DNA of 64,000 nucleotides, from contig CAWGED010000005.1 in the NCBI GenBank assembly GCA_963821525.1, forward strand, positions 992,001-1,056,000, written 5' to 3'. The stretch is from an uncultured Gemmatimonadales bacterium. Its GTDB lineage: Bacteria > Gemmatimonadota > Gemmatimonadetes > Gemmatimonadales > GWC2-71-9. Under the pieces are notes generated by a model that was given only the letters and a program-made list of their open reading frames with translations, ran no database searches and was not told the origin of the DNA. A program made the translations under genes and the position numbers. Position 1 is the first letter of the stretch. Every line of letters starts with the position of its first letter. Shown here piece after piece: positions 31,342 through 41,785 of the stretch.

Positions 31342-32445
31342 CTACTGGTCGTGGTGCTCGTGATGCATGTGCATCGAGTCGGGTGCTGCGGTCGCCGCGG
31401 CGCTCTTCTTATCTCGCCCGATACTCTCCAGCATTGCCATGTCGGTGAGAATCCCTGGATCATCGGGATCCAGCTCGGGCCATTTCGCAGGATCATCTGG
31501 AACAAATGCCGCTACGATCAGCGCCATCGCTCCCTGCTTCAGGATGTCGCCCGTCGGATTATCGTAATCGGCCGTGACCCGGTAACGCCGGTTCGCTTTG
31601 AGTCGCAGTCCGTCTCCCTTAATACCCAGTAAACGCGTCGGCACTCCTTTGAGCTTGCCCAGCGAATCGGTCTTCGCCGGAAGGTCGAGCAGGACCTTGC
31701 CACTCTCCGCATCTTCCAGCCGCACGAACTTGGCGTAGTCGTGCAGGTGCCCACCCGCCGCGAGGATTCGACCACCGACCGGCAGGGTGAATTCATAGCT
31801 CTTTGAGGAGGGACCGCTGGGAAGGTTATAGGCGTCGGACTTCCCAACCGTGTACGACACGTCCATGTAGAGCAAATGAATATCCCGCGGCCTTGGCATC
31901 ATGTTCGGCGGCGTGTAGCGCATCCGAACGGTGAGCATGGCGCCGCGAATCTCTTCCGGCTTGCTGTTGTGCCAGCCGATGAAGGTCGCCAGCCGCATGC
32001 CGGGCTCCATCGGGACGCCGATGCTCTTGGGCGCGCTGAAACGATCCACCTCCTGGCTCGCGCCAAGGAGGCGCTCGTAGGCGGGATAGATGAGCTGGCG
32101 GCGCCCGAGGTTCACCATGCTGAGGTGGTGGATATTCTTGCGGCTCAGCTTCTGTCCGGTGGAATCGCGAAGTTCCACGTCGTAGGCGTGGAACCATCCC
32201 TCGACGGGCCAGGTCACATAGACGGTCGGCGTCTCGTGCGCGGACATCTTGCTGTGATGCATCCCCGGTCCACCAGCAGGGATCGTGAACGGGCCCATGG
32301 TAATGGTGACGACCCGTGCCTTGGTGTCAGTGGTAAGGGTGGCCTGAGCTTCGGTCGGTGCAGTTTGGGCGGCCAGGTGGCTCGATTGCCCGGCCCCGGA
32401 CAGGCCGACGATGGTCAGGATCAGGATGGAGGTGCAGCGGGGCAT
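31342..32445 (-). CDS. Secreted copper type II monooxygenase-like protein, paralogue 3
   Basis: Signal peptide; RKNIHHL; GGHLHDYA; YDNPTG....GAMA; tail MHMHHEHHDQ. Confidence 0.72.
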   Translation of the reverse strand: MPRCTSILILTIVGLSGAGQSSHLAAQTAPTEAQATLTTDTKARVVTITMGPFTIPAGGPGMHHSKMSAHETPTVYVTWPVEGWFHAYDVELRDSTGQKLSRKNIHHLSMVNLGRRQLIYPAYERLLGASQEVDRFSAPKSIGVPMEPGMRLATFIGWHNSKPEEIRGAMLTVRMRYTPPNMMPRPRDIHLLYMDVSYTVGKSDAYNLPSGPSSKSYEFTLPVGGRILAAGGHLHDYAKFVRLEDAESGKVLLDLPAKTDSLGKLKGVPTRLLGIKGDGLRLKANRRYRVTADYDNPTGDILKQGAMALIVAAFVPDDPAKWPELDPDDPGILTDMAMLESIGRDKKSAAATAAPDSMHMHHEHHDQ

Positions 32446-32451
32446 GTGAGC

Positions 32452-32479
32452 AGTCTAGACCGTCGTAACTCTCTGTCAA
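32452..32479 (-). promoter_or_regulatory. Sigma70-type promoter of paralogue 3, probably leaderless
   Basis: Minus strand TTGACA-N16-TAGACT, then 6 nt to the ATG at 32445; no RBS. Confidence 0.65.
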
Positions 32480-32507
32480 GTAAGCAGTTTGGGTACTGTA
32501 ATATAGT

Positions 32508-32534
32508 CTGGCAGTCTCGCTTGACAACTGCTAA
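32508..32534. promoter_or_regulatory. CIRCE-like HrcA operator 1, overlapping the groES -35
   Basis: ctggcagtc-N9-aactgctaa versus consensus TTAGCACTC-N9-GAGTGCTAA; contains TTGACA at 32521-32526. Confidence 0.65.
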
Positions 32535-32548
32535 CAGCTGACTAAGTT
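32521..32548 (+). promoter_or_regulatory. groESL promoter
   Basis: TTGACA-N16-TAAGTT. Confidence 0.6.
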
Positions 32549-32560
32549 TCCTTCCAGTCG

Positions 32561-32587
32561 TAAGCAGTCCGCCATGCCGAGTGCTAA
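32561..32587. promoter_or_regulatory. CIRCE-like HrcA operator 2
   Basis: taagcagtc-N9-gagtgctaa; right arm matches the consensus exactly. Confidence 0.82.
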
Positions 32588-32638
32588 TTCATTGTGGCCT
32601 CGCACCTTATCAGCACTTCAGACCCGCCGGAGGAAGTC

Positions 32639-34620
<1,982 letters not shown>

Positions 34621-34621
<1 letters not shown>

Positions 34622-34676
34622 AACCGCTGAACTTACGGGGTCGCGCAGTTGCGACCCCGCAAGTTCATTGCGGTTC
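34621..34676. terminator. Long stem-loop after groEL (terminator or mRNA stabiliser)
   Basis: tgaacttacggggtcgc / gcgaccccgcaagttca (17 bp, one mismatch) with outer gaaccgc/gcggttc; weak U-tract. Confidence 0.6.
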
Positions 34677-34714
34677 TTGTACCCCGAGCACAGCGAGGGG
34701 TCTGGTCGTAGAAA

Positions 34715-34807
34715 GAGTAAGGAGTGAGGAGGGTGGTTGACTCCTCACTCCTTTTTCTTCCCGACTCCTGCTCACTCTTCACTCCTCACTCCTCACTCCT
34801 CACTCCT
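34715..34807. repeat. Asymmetric inverted heptamer arrays (GAGTGAG)n ... (CTCACTC)n
   Basis: gagtaag gagtgag gag versus ctcctcactcct...ctcactc ttcactc ctcactc ctcactc ctcactc. Confidence 0.8.
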
Positions 34808-34850
34808 GGTCCTTTCCTCTCGTCACTCTCCCTCTATCTTTCCCCCCACC

Positions 34851-35234
34851 ATGCGCCGAACCCTCCTCCTCGCCGCGGCACTCCTTCTCCCGGCTCCTCT
34901 CGCCGCGCAGGGGCCCTCGATCCTTGGCACCTGGCAGGCCGACCTCAAGGATGCCAAGCGCACCGATGCGCCCCGCATCGTCATCGTGCGATCCGATTCG
35001 AGCGCCAGCTACGGCACCGAAACCGTGCGGTGGCGGATTCAGCAGAAGGGTGACAGCGTTGGCCTCGCCCTGGGCGGCGAGTGGGTTATCTACGGATTCA
35101 AGGTCAAGGGAACCAAGCTGACACTTTCCGGCGGGGACCTTCAGAAGCCCATCACGCTGACCCGGGTGGGAGACCCCACTCCGCGGCCCGACTCGATTCC
35201 CGTTCCGCCCGACCCGGACACTGAACAGCAGTAA
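34851..35234 (+). CDS. Hypothetical secreted protein
   Basis: MRRTLLLAAALLLPAPLAAQ signal peptide; ILGTW; beta-rich. Confidence 0.75.
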   Translation: MRRTLLLAAALLLPAPLAAQGPSILGTWQADLKDAKRTDAPRIVIVRSDSSASYGTETVRWRIQQKGDSVGLALGGEWVIYGFKVKGTKLTLSGGDLQKPITLTRVGDPTPRPDSIPVPPDPDTEQQ

Positions 35235-35319
35235 GAAGTGAGAAGTAAGAAGTGAGACAGGGAATCGCTCTGGTCGCTCCTCCCGCCTCACGTCTCACGT
35301 CTTACTTCTCACGCCTTAC
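35231..35319. repeat. Inverted heptamer arrays (GTRAGAA)4 ... (xxCTYAC)5 containing both convergent stop codons
   Basis: gtaagaa gtgagaa gtaagaa gtgagac versus gcctcac gtctcac gtcttac ttctcac gccttac. Confidence 0.85.
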
Positions 35320-36104
35320 AGAAGCAGTCCCGTCCCCCGCAGCTCCAACGCCGGCAGAGCCTCGTGCTGCCTGGCCACGTGCAGGACGCAGCCGCGACGG
35401 CGGAGAACCGGTGCCACCGCGGCGCAGGCGTTCTCTCGCGTGTTGCACCGCTCGCTGAGATGCGCCAGCACTACCAGCTCCAATCCCTCATGCAGCACGT
35501 CTCCCAGCAACTCCGCAGCGGCCCGGTTGGAGAGATGGCCCCCGGACCCGGCGATCCTGGCCTGGACCGACGGCGGATAGCCGCTGGTGCGAAGCAGGAC
35601 GTCGTCGTAATTGGCTTCCAGAACGATCGCGTGCGCGTTGCGGAGGAGAAGCCGCACCGCGGTCGTGGGGCGGCCCAGATCGTAGGCGACCGCGACGCGG
35701 TATCCCGTCGCGGTCGTTATCGCGAGTGCTACGGGCTGCGCCGCGTCATGGCTGGTGGGGCACGCCTCGACCCGGAATCCCCGGTGCTCGATCGAGTGCA
35801 TCAAGCGGAGCGGGACGAAATCGACCTTCGGCATGCGCGGACGGAGCCGGTCCCAGGTCCCTATCGCTGCCAGCACGGGGATCTTGAGTTGACGTGCGAG
35901 TCGAGCGACTCCCGAGGTGTGATCTCCGTGCTCGTGGGTGATCGCGATGCCGACGAGGCGCGAGAGATCGAACCCTACCCGTTCCGCCCGCTGCGCGATC
36001 TCCCGCGCGCTGAAGCCGGCATCCACCAGCAATGCCTGCTCCTCGCATGCGATCGCGAAGGCGTTACCCGAGGAACCGGACCCCAGCACGTAAAGCGTCG
36101 TCAT
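35316..36104 (-). CDS. MBL-fold metallohydrolase (YycJ/WalJ-like)
   Basis: LGSGSSGN, VDAG, THEHGDH, SHDA, LEANYD, GHLSN, LAHLS. Confidence 0.9.
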   Translation of the reverse strand: MTTLYVLGSGSSGNAFAIACEEQALLVDAGFSAREIAQRAERVGFDLSRLVGIAITHEHGDHTSGVARLARQLKIPVLAAIGTWDRLRPRMPKVDFVPLRLMHSIEHRGFRVEACPTSHDAAQPVALAITTATGYRVAVAYDLGRPTTAVRLLLRNAHAIVLEANYDDVLLRTSGYPPSVQARIAGSGGHLSNRAAAELLGDVLHEGLELVVLAHLSERCNTRENACAAVAPVLRRRGCVLHVARQHEALPALELRGTGLLL

Positions 36105-37273
36105 ATCCCACGGAGCTTTCGATAGGTCGCGGCGAGCGAAGCTCGACGCTCCGGTGTGAAGGCCACCTCTCTCCGAGGCATGACCCGCTCGGCCACCTTG
36201 AGAAATCCATCTTCGCTGAGCCGCTCGATACCGTGATTGCCCCAGGACATGGGAGGCACATAGCGCGGCGGCTGCGCCGGCCCGAAGAGATTCGCCCCTG
36301 CGCCGACAACGGTCCCCGTAGACAGCATGGTGCCGATCGCGGTCTTGGCGTGATCGCCGATGAGGCTGCCGAGGAACTGGCGGCCCGTGGTGAAGCGGCG
36401 TCCCTCGATTTCGAGACTCACGTCGCCGTAGGTGTTCTTCAGGTTGGAAGTCGTTGTGCCCGCCCCCAGATTGACCCAGCACCCGATGGCGCTATGACCG
36501 ATGAAGCCGTCGTGGCTCTTGTTAGAGTAGCCGAGGAACACGCTGGAGGAGATCTCTCCCTTCACGCTGCAGCGGGGGCCGAACACCGACGCCCGCAAAT
36601 GCCCACCCAGGATCCGGGTGTGATCGCCGGCGTAGAGGGGGCCTTCGAGCCTGGTACCGTTCCGCACCTCGACCTCCGGCTCCAGCACCACCGCTCCGGC
36701 TCGGGTATCAAATACCACCCCCGGTTCCACTCGCGCTCCGCGGCTCACGACCAGGTCGGCCTTTCCAATCACGATGCAGGCATCGGGAAGGGGATCGTGA
36801 TCCAGTGCCGCGAATCCGGCGCAGTCCGGCGCCAGCAATCGTTCCATTGCGGTGAGTAGATCGAAGGTGCCGCGTAGCACGATTCCTTCGATCGGCGTCG
36901 CCTGACCGTCCTCATTGGGGCCGGCCCAGCGCTCTCCCGAAGGGACCACCCATCCGACCGTGGTGTCACCAGCGGTGAGTCGTCGAGCGTCGGGACCAAT
37001 CTCGACCGGCGCTCCAGTCGGCGCGAACCACGAGGCGCCGACGATCGCCGGACCATCGATCGGATGCATCGCGCGGCAACGCGGCTCATTGCCTTCCCGG
37101 AAATGGGCGATGTTGCTGCCGAGAATTTCCGTTGTTGCGGAGTCTACGGCGGCCTCCCAACGCTCGCGCACCGACCAGATCCCCGCGCGGAGCTCCGAGA
37201 TTGGTCGCACCCCGGCGAACGGAGCCCACTCCGGTGCCGTATGTGGTTCGATCAGGTAGAGCGGAACCGTCAC
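36101..37273 (-). CDS. Putative sugar nucleotidyltransferase / GlmU-like hexapeptide-repeat protein
   Basis: RPISELRAG, left-handed beta-helix, NKSHDGFIGHS.IG.WVNLGAGTTTSNLKNTY. Confidence 0.85.
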   Translation of the reverse strand: MTVPLYLIEPHTAPEWAPFAGVRPISELRAGIWSVRERWEAAVDSATTEILGSNIAHFREGNEPRCRAMHPIDGPAIVGASWFAPTGAPVEIGPDARRLTAGDTTVGWVVPSGERWAGPNEDGQATPIEGIVLRGTFDLLTAMERLLAPDCAGFAALDHDPLPDACIVIGKADLVVSRGARVEPGVVFDTRAGAVVLEPEVEVRNGTRLEGPLYAGDHTRILGGHLRASVFGPRCSVKGEISSSVFLGYSNKSHDGFIGHSAIGCWVNLGAGTTTSNLKNTYGDVSLEIEGRRFTTGRQFLGSLIGDHAKTAIGTMLSTGTVVGAGANLFGPAQPPRYVPPMSWGNHGIERLSEDGFLKVAERVMPRREVAFTPERRASLAATYRKLRGI

Positions 37274-38298
37274 GGAAGATCCCGGATCTCTGGGGGAAGA
37301 GTGTCCAACGCCGCCTTGAGATCGGCTGCCTTCTTGCGACTCATCACCAGGATGCGGCCGTTAGCCCGGACTACGATCAGATCCCGCACGCCCGACAGCA
37401 CGATCGGCTCGCCATCGGACCACACGATCGTGTCCTCGACTTCGTGGAGGTGAACGGGGCCCTGAATGACATTGCCGCTCTTGTCGCGTGGCCGAACCCT
37501 CGCGAGTGCATCCCAGGTTCCTACGTCGTCCCAGGTAAAGTTGCCGGGGACCACGGCGACCATCGGGCTTCGCTCCAACAGGCCGATGTCGATCGACACT
37601 GGAGTCACGTCGCGGAAGAAAGCCTGGACGTCTCCCCGCTCGAGCGCCGCCAAGTGCGGCGCGATCTCCGGAGTGTGTTTCCGGATCTCGGCCAGGAGGA
37701 CGCTGGCGCTCCAGGCGAAGAGCCCGCTGTTCCACAACGCCCCGGCTGCCATCAAGTCGAGCGCGGTCGCGGCGTCGGGTTTTTCGCTGAAACGCTGGAC
37801 CGCCTTCCCGGTTTCATCGAGTGGCGATCCGGGGACGATATAGCCGAATCCGGTATCCGGTCGCGAAGGAACGATTCCCACCGTCACCAGTCGGCGATGT
37901 CGTGCCGCGGTGTCCAGTGCGGCGGCCGCGGTTCGACGGAAGGCCTCTTCTTCGCGGATCACCCAGTCGGCGTGGAGCGACAACACCTGAGCGTCCGGAT
38001 CCCGGCGCAGCGCCTCCGCGGAAGCCCAGACCAGGGCAGGTCCGGTGGAGGCAGCCCGTGGCTCGACCAGCACGTTGGCCGGATCGATGCCCAGCGCCTC
38101 GGTAAGTCTCGGCGCCAGACTCGCACCGGTCACCACCAAGAGGTGGTCTTTCGAGATCAGTCCCTCGAGCCGTGCCACTGTCTGCTCTGCCGTTGAGGAG
38201 GAACCGGCGAGCGGGAGCAGTTGCTTGGGAGAGGTCGGTGTGCTGAGAGGCCAGAAGCGGGTTCCTGAGCCTCCGGCAAGAATGACAGCCCATCTCAT
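37270..38298 (-). CDS. manC: Mannose-1-phosphate guanylyltransferase
   Basis: VILAGGSGTRFWPLS...PKQLL, TGFGYI, FSEKP, WNSGLF, WDDVGTW. Confidence 0.9.
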   Translation of the reverse strand: MRWAVILAGGSGTRFWPLSTPTSPKQLLPLAGSSSTAEQTVARLEGLISKDHLLVVTGASLAPRLTEALGIDPANVLVEPRAASTGPALVWASAEALRRDPDAQVLSLHADWVIREEEAFRRTAAAALDTAARHRRLVTVGIVPSRPDTGFGYIVPGSPLDETGKAVQRFSEKPDAATALDLMAAGALWNSGLFAWSASVLLAEIRKHTPEIAPHLAALERGDVQAFFRDVTPVSIDIGLLERSPMVAVVPGNFTWDDVGTWDALARVRPRDKSGNVIQGPVHLHEVEDTIVWSDGEPIVLSGVRDLIVVRANGRILVMSRKKAADLKAALDTLPPEIRDLP

Positions 38299-38317
38299 GT
38301 GGATTGCGGGCGGGAGT

Positions 38318-38671
38318 TCAGAGCAGTTGCGCGAGGGCCGGTCGGTGCCGGCGCAGATCGAAGAGCAGCTGGCCGGCGTTAGTCCCGGGGCTGGTGAGGA
38401 CGAACAACAGGTTGTCGCCGCCCACCGGGGCGACGATCGCCATGCGATCGCCGTACTCCAGGACGCCAGTGCTCAACGGCTCGCACTCGGCGGATTGCCC
38501 CAGGCGATGGGCCCCTTGGACGAACGACGCGGCGAGAGCGGCCACCGCGTCCGCATCGAAAGCTTTGCGTGAGGCGTGATCGATAGGGAGGCCGTCGGAG
38601 CTCAGGACCACCACGGCATCCACTCCATCACGGGCTGCCAGCCCCTGGACGACGTCTCGCAGCAAGGCCAT
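38318..38671 (-). CDS. Roadblock/LC7 (MglB-like) protein
   Basis: GVDAVVVLSSDGLPI, AVAALAA, NAGQL. Confidence 0.85.
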   Translation of the reverse strand: MALLRDVVQGLAARDGVDAVVVLSSDGLPIDHASRKAFDADAVAALAASFVQGAHRLGQSAECEPLSTGVLEYGDRMAIVAPVGGDNLLFVLTSPGTNAGQLLFDLRRHRPALAQLL

Positions 38672-38709
38672 GAAAAGCCTCGAATTGGATGGGAGAAAAC
38701 GGCCTCGTC

Positions 38710-38738
38710 ATTCTAGGACCGGCCATCGCCGAAGTCAA
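38710..38738 (-). promoter_or_regulatory. Sigma70-type promoter of the roadblock-manC operon
   Basis: Minus strand TTGACT-N17-TAGAAT. Confidence 0.75.
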
Positions 38739-38752
38739 GAAATGACTGCGGG

Positions 38753-38781
38753 TTGACCCGCTTTCACAGGGTCTCTAGCTT
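38753..38781 (+). promoter_or_regulatory. Sigma70-type promoter of the lipoprotein-serS unit, probably leaderless
   Basis: TTGACC-N17-TAGCTT, then 7 nt to the ATG at 38789. Confidence 0.7.
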
Positions 38782-38788
38782 CCCCGCC

Positions 38789-39346
38789 ATGCTCGGTACC
38801 CGAACCACCGTCGCGCTCGCGGTTTTAATCGGAATCGCCGCCTGTGGCGACAGTAGCGGCATAGGCGATGCCACGATCCCCAACGTCATCGACACCTTCG
38901 TAGTGGCGTCGCTGGAAGGGGGGCCTCTCCAGGCGCCCGCCGCCTATTCGATCGCCGCGAATGGCCTGGTGCGGACCTACGAGACTACCGCGTTCGACTT
39001 CGCCTACACGACAGACCAGGGCAAGAATTATTTCCTCCCCCTGGCGGTGTTGGGACTCTCGCCGGGTGTGGCGCTCAAGCCGGGCCTCCTCCCGAGCGAC
39101 CTGGCGTTCGATGAGATCACCAAGGCGGCGCAAAACGACTATATCACCGAAGACACGGTTCAGGTGGATAGCGGCGACGTCTTCATGGTCCGCTCCAGCG
39201 ACATCTGTACCTCGCTCGGGGTTCCGCAGTATGCCAAACTGGAGATCCTCTCCATCGACCCCGCGGCCCATACCCTGACCTTTCAGGCGCTGGCTAACAA
39301 CAATTGCGGGTTCCGCGGGCTCAACGAGGGAATTCCGAAAGACTAG
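38789..39346 (+). CDS. Hypothetical lipoprotein
   Basis: Lipobox IAAC after a hydrophobic segment. Confidence 0.8.
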   Translation: MLGTRTTVALAVLIGIAACGDSSGIGDATIPNVIDTFVVASLEGGPLQAPAAYSIAANGLVRTYETTAFDFAYTTDQGKNYFLPLAVLGLSPGVALKPGLLPSDLAFDEITKAAQNDYITEDTVQVDSGDVFMVRSSDICTSLGVPQYAKLEILSIDPAAHTLTFQALANNNCGFRGLNEGIPKD

Positions 39347-39351
39347 TTCCG

Positions 39352-40635
39352 GTGATTGACATCCGGTTGCTTCGCCAGGACGCCGACGCGACTCGCGCGG
39401 CGCTCGCTCGGCGCTTGGATCGGACGCTCGACGCGGTGCTGGATGAGCTGCAGGGGCTCGACCAGCGCCGCCGCGAGCTCTTGACCCAGGTCGAGGCGCT
39501 CAAGGCTGCCCGCAACTCGGCAAGCGAGGAAGTCGCCCGGCGAAAGAAAGCGAAGCAGCCCGCCGACGATCTGCTGGAGCAGCTCAAGCGCTCGGGCGAA
39601 GAGGTGAAGCAGCTCGACCTTCAGGTCCGCGAGGTCGAGGCCGCACTGGATGCCCGCCTGCTCGGAATCCCCAATCTTCCGCTCCCCGAAGTTCCCGACG
39701 GCGATGCCTCGGGAAACACGGTGGTGCGCGCGTGGGGTTCCGTCCCTCAGTTCGATTTCACCCCGAAGCCGCATTGGGAGCTGGGTGCCGCTCTGGGTCT
39801 CTTCGACTTGCCGCGCGGTGCCAAGATCACCGGATCGGGATTCCCGGTCTACACCGGAATGGGCGCGAGGCTGGTGCGGGCGCTCAAGAACTTCATGCTG
39901 GACCTTCACACCCGGGATCACGGCTACCTCGAAGTCGCGACGCCTTACATCGTGAACCGCGCGACGATGACTGGAACCGGTCAGCTTCCCAAGTTCGAGG
40001 AAGAGCTCTACGTCATCGGCGCAGACGACCTCTTCCTGATTCCAACCGCGGAAGTACCGGTCACCAACCTCCATCGGGATGAGATTCTGGATGGGGCGTC
40101 ACTGCCGCTCAGTTATGTGGCGTACACCCCGTGTTTCCGTCGCGAGGCTGGAGCCCACGGCAAAGACACCCGGGGAATCATCCGGGTACATCAGTTCGAC
40201 AAGGTGGAGCTGGTCCGTTTCTGCCGGCCGGAGGATGGAGCGGACCAGCACGCGCTCCTGACCAGCCACGCTGAGAAGGTGCTTCAGCTTCTGGAGCTGC
40301 CTTACCGGGTGATGGCCCTCGCCGCCGGCGATACCGGATTTTCCAGCGCCTTCACGTATGATCTGGAGGCTTGGGCTGCGGGAGTCGGTGGCTGGCAGGA
40401 GGTTTCGAGCTCCAGCACCTTCACCGATTTCCAGGCCCGCCGGGCCAACATTCGGTTCCGCCCGGAACCAGGCGCCAAGCCCGAGTTCGTTCATACCCTG
40501 AACGCCTCGGGCCTCGCCTTCCCTCGCACGATGCTCGCCCTGCTGGAAAACAACCAGCAAGCCGATGGATCGGTGCGCATTCCGCAGGCGCTTGTCCCGT
40601 ACCTCGGCACGGACCGCCTGACGCCGCGTGGCTAG
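39352..40635 (+). CDS. serS: Serine--tRNA ligase
   Basis: TGQLPKF, LIPTAEVP, CFRREAG, RVHQFDKVE, HTLNASGLA. Confidence 0.97.
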   Translation: MIDIRLLRQDADATRAALARRLDRTLDAVLDELQGLDQRRRELLTQVEALKAARNSASEEVARRKKAKQPADDLLEQLKRSGEEVKQLDLQVREVEAALDARLLGIPNLPLPEVPDGDASGNTVVRAWGSVPQFDFTPKPHWELGAALGLFDLPRGAKITGSGFPVYTGMGARLVRALKNFMLDLHTRDHGYLEVATPYIVNRATMTGTGQLPKFEEELYVIGADDLFLIPTAEVPVTNLHRDEILDGASLPLSYVAYTPCFRREAGAHGKDTRGIIRVHQFDKVELVRFCRPEDGADQHALLTSHAEKVLQLLELPYRVMALAAGDTGFSSAFTYDLEAWAAGVGGWQEVSSSSTFTDFQARRANIRFRPEPGAKPEFVHTLNASGLAFPRTMLALLENNQQADGSVRIPQALVPYLGTDRLTPRG

Positions 40636-41785
40636 CGCCCGGCTCCGCCAGCTGGCGCCGGCGCTGGTGGTCCTGCTGGTGGCGCTGCTCGCCGGCTTGA
40701 GCATCGGGTCCGCCTGGGTAGTGCTGCGCCACTTTCGTTCCGACGCTACCGCGATCAGCCGCCTTTACGCCGGAGTATTCGCCGGGCTCAACGATCCGCG
40801 CCCCGGTGCCGAAGCGGGCGCCTTGCTGCGCCTGGGAGAGCAGGTGAGGAAAGTTGGAATCCCGCTCGTGGTGACCGATTCGAACGGTCGGGTGACCGCG
40901 GCGGCCAATCTGCCGTTCGACGTGCCCCTCGATGATCCCCGCGTCCTCTCCTATGCCAGGCGGCTCGATCGGCAGAATCCCGCGATCGTGGATCCAAGCT
41001 TCGGCACGCTGCACTTCGGCCCGGTGCCGGCCCAGCGCCAGCTCACGGCACTCGTCGTGCTGCAGGGCCTGATCCTTCTTGGCATCGTGCTGGTGGGTGC
41101 GGTCGCGTATCGCAATGCGATGGCCTCGCAGCGGGACCGTCTCTGGGTCGGGATGGCGCGCGAAGCCGCGCACCAGATGGGCACACCGCTCATGAGCCTG
41201 GAGGGCTGGATCGAGCAGCTTCGCTCCCGGCCCACGCCTCCTCCCGGTCTGGCCGACTATCTCTCCTCCGATGCCGAGCGGCTGGAACGGGTGGCGCAGC
41301 GGTTCGAGCGGATTGGTCACGCGATTCACCCGGAGCCGATCGGCCTGGGCGCGCTGGCGGAGAAGGTCGCGGCATATTTCCGTCCCCGGCTTCCGCACCG
41401 TGCCAACCCGATCGAGCTGCGGGTCGCCGCCGCGGGGACTGGACCAGTGGTGAATGGCGACCCGATCCTGCTCGAGTGGGCGCTGGAATCGCTGGTCAAG
41501 AACAGCATCGACGCGATGAAGGGACGCTCAGGGTCGATTACGGTCGAGGTCGGTCAGGACGATCGTTCCGGCACCATTCGCGTTATCGACGATGGCCCAG
41601 GGATTTCAACCGACATCATGTCCACCCTGTTTGAACCAGGCATCACTACGAAGACCGGCGGCTGGGGCATCGGTCTCGCCTTGGCGCGCCGCGTCGTTGA
41701 AGACTCTCACGGCGGCGAATTGATCCTCGAGAATCCGCCGAATGGCGCCAGCTTTCTGATCCGTATACCGACCGATGAAGACTGA
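40628..41785 (+). CDS. Membrane sensor histidine kinase
   Basis: Two TM segments; AHQMGTPL H-box; LVKNSIDA; DDGPG; LFEPG.TTK.GGWGIGL. Confidence 0.93.
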   Translation: MASARLRQLAPALVVLLVALLAGLSIGSAWVVLRHFRSDATAISRLYAGVFAGLNDPRPGAEAGALLRLGEQVRKVGIPLVVTDSNGRVTAAANLPFDVPLDDPRVLSYARRLDRQNPAIVDPSFGTLHFGPVPAQRQLTALVVLQGLILLGIVLVGAVAYRNAMASQRDRLWVGMAREAAHQMGTPLMSLEGWIEQLRSRPTPPPGLADYLSSDAERLERVAQRFERIGHAIHPEPIGLGALAEKVAAYFRPRLPHRANPIELRVAAAGTGPVVNGDPILLEWALESLVKNSIDAMKGRSGSITVEVGQDDRSGTIRVIDDGPGISTDIMSTLFEPGITTKTGGWGIGLALARRVVEDSHGGELILENPPNGASFLIRIPTDED

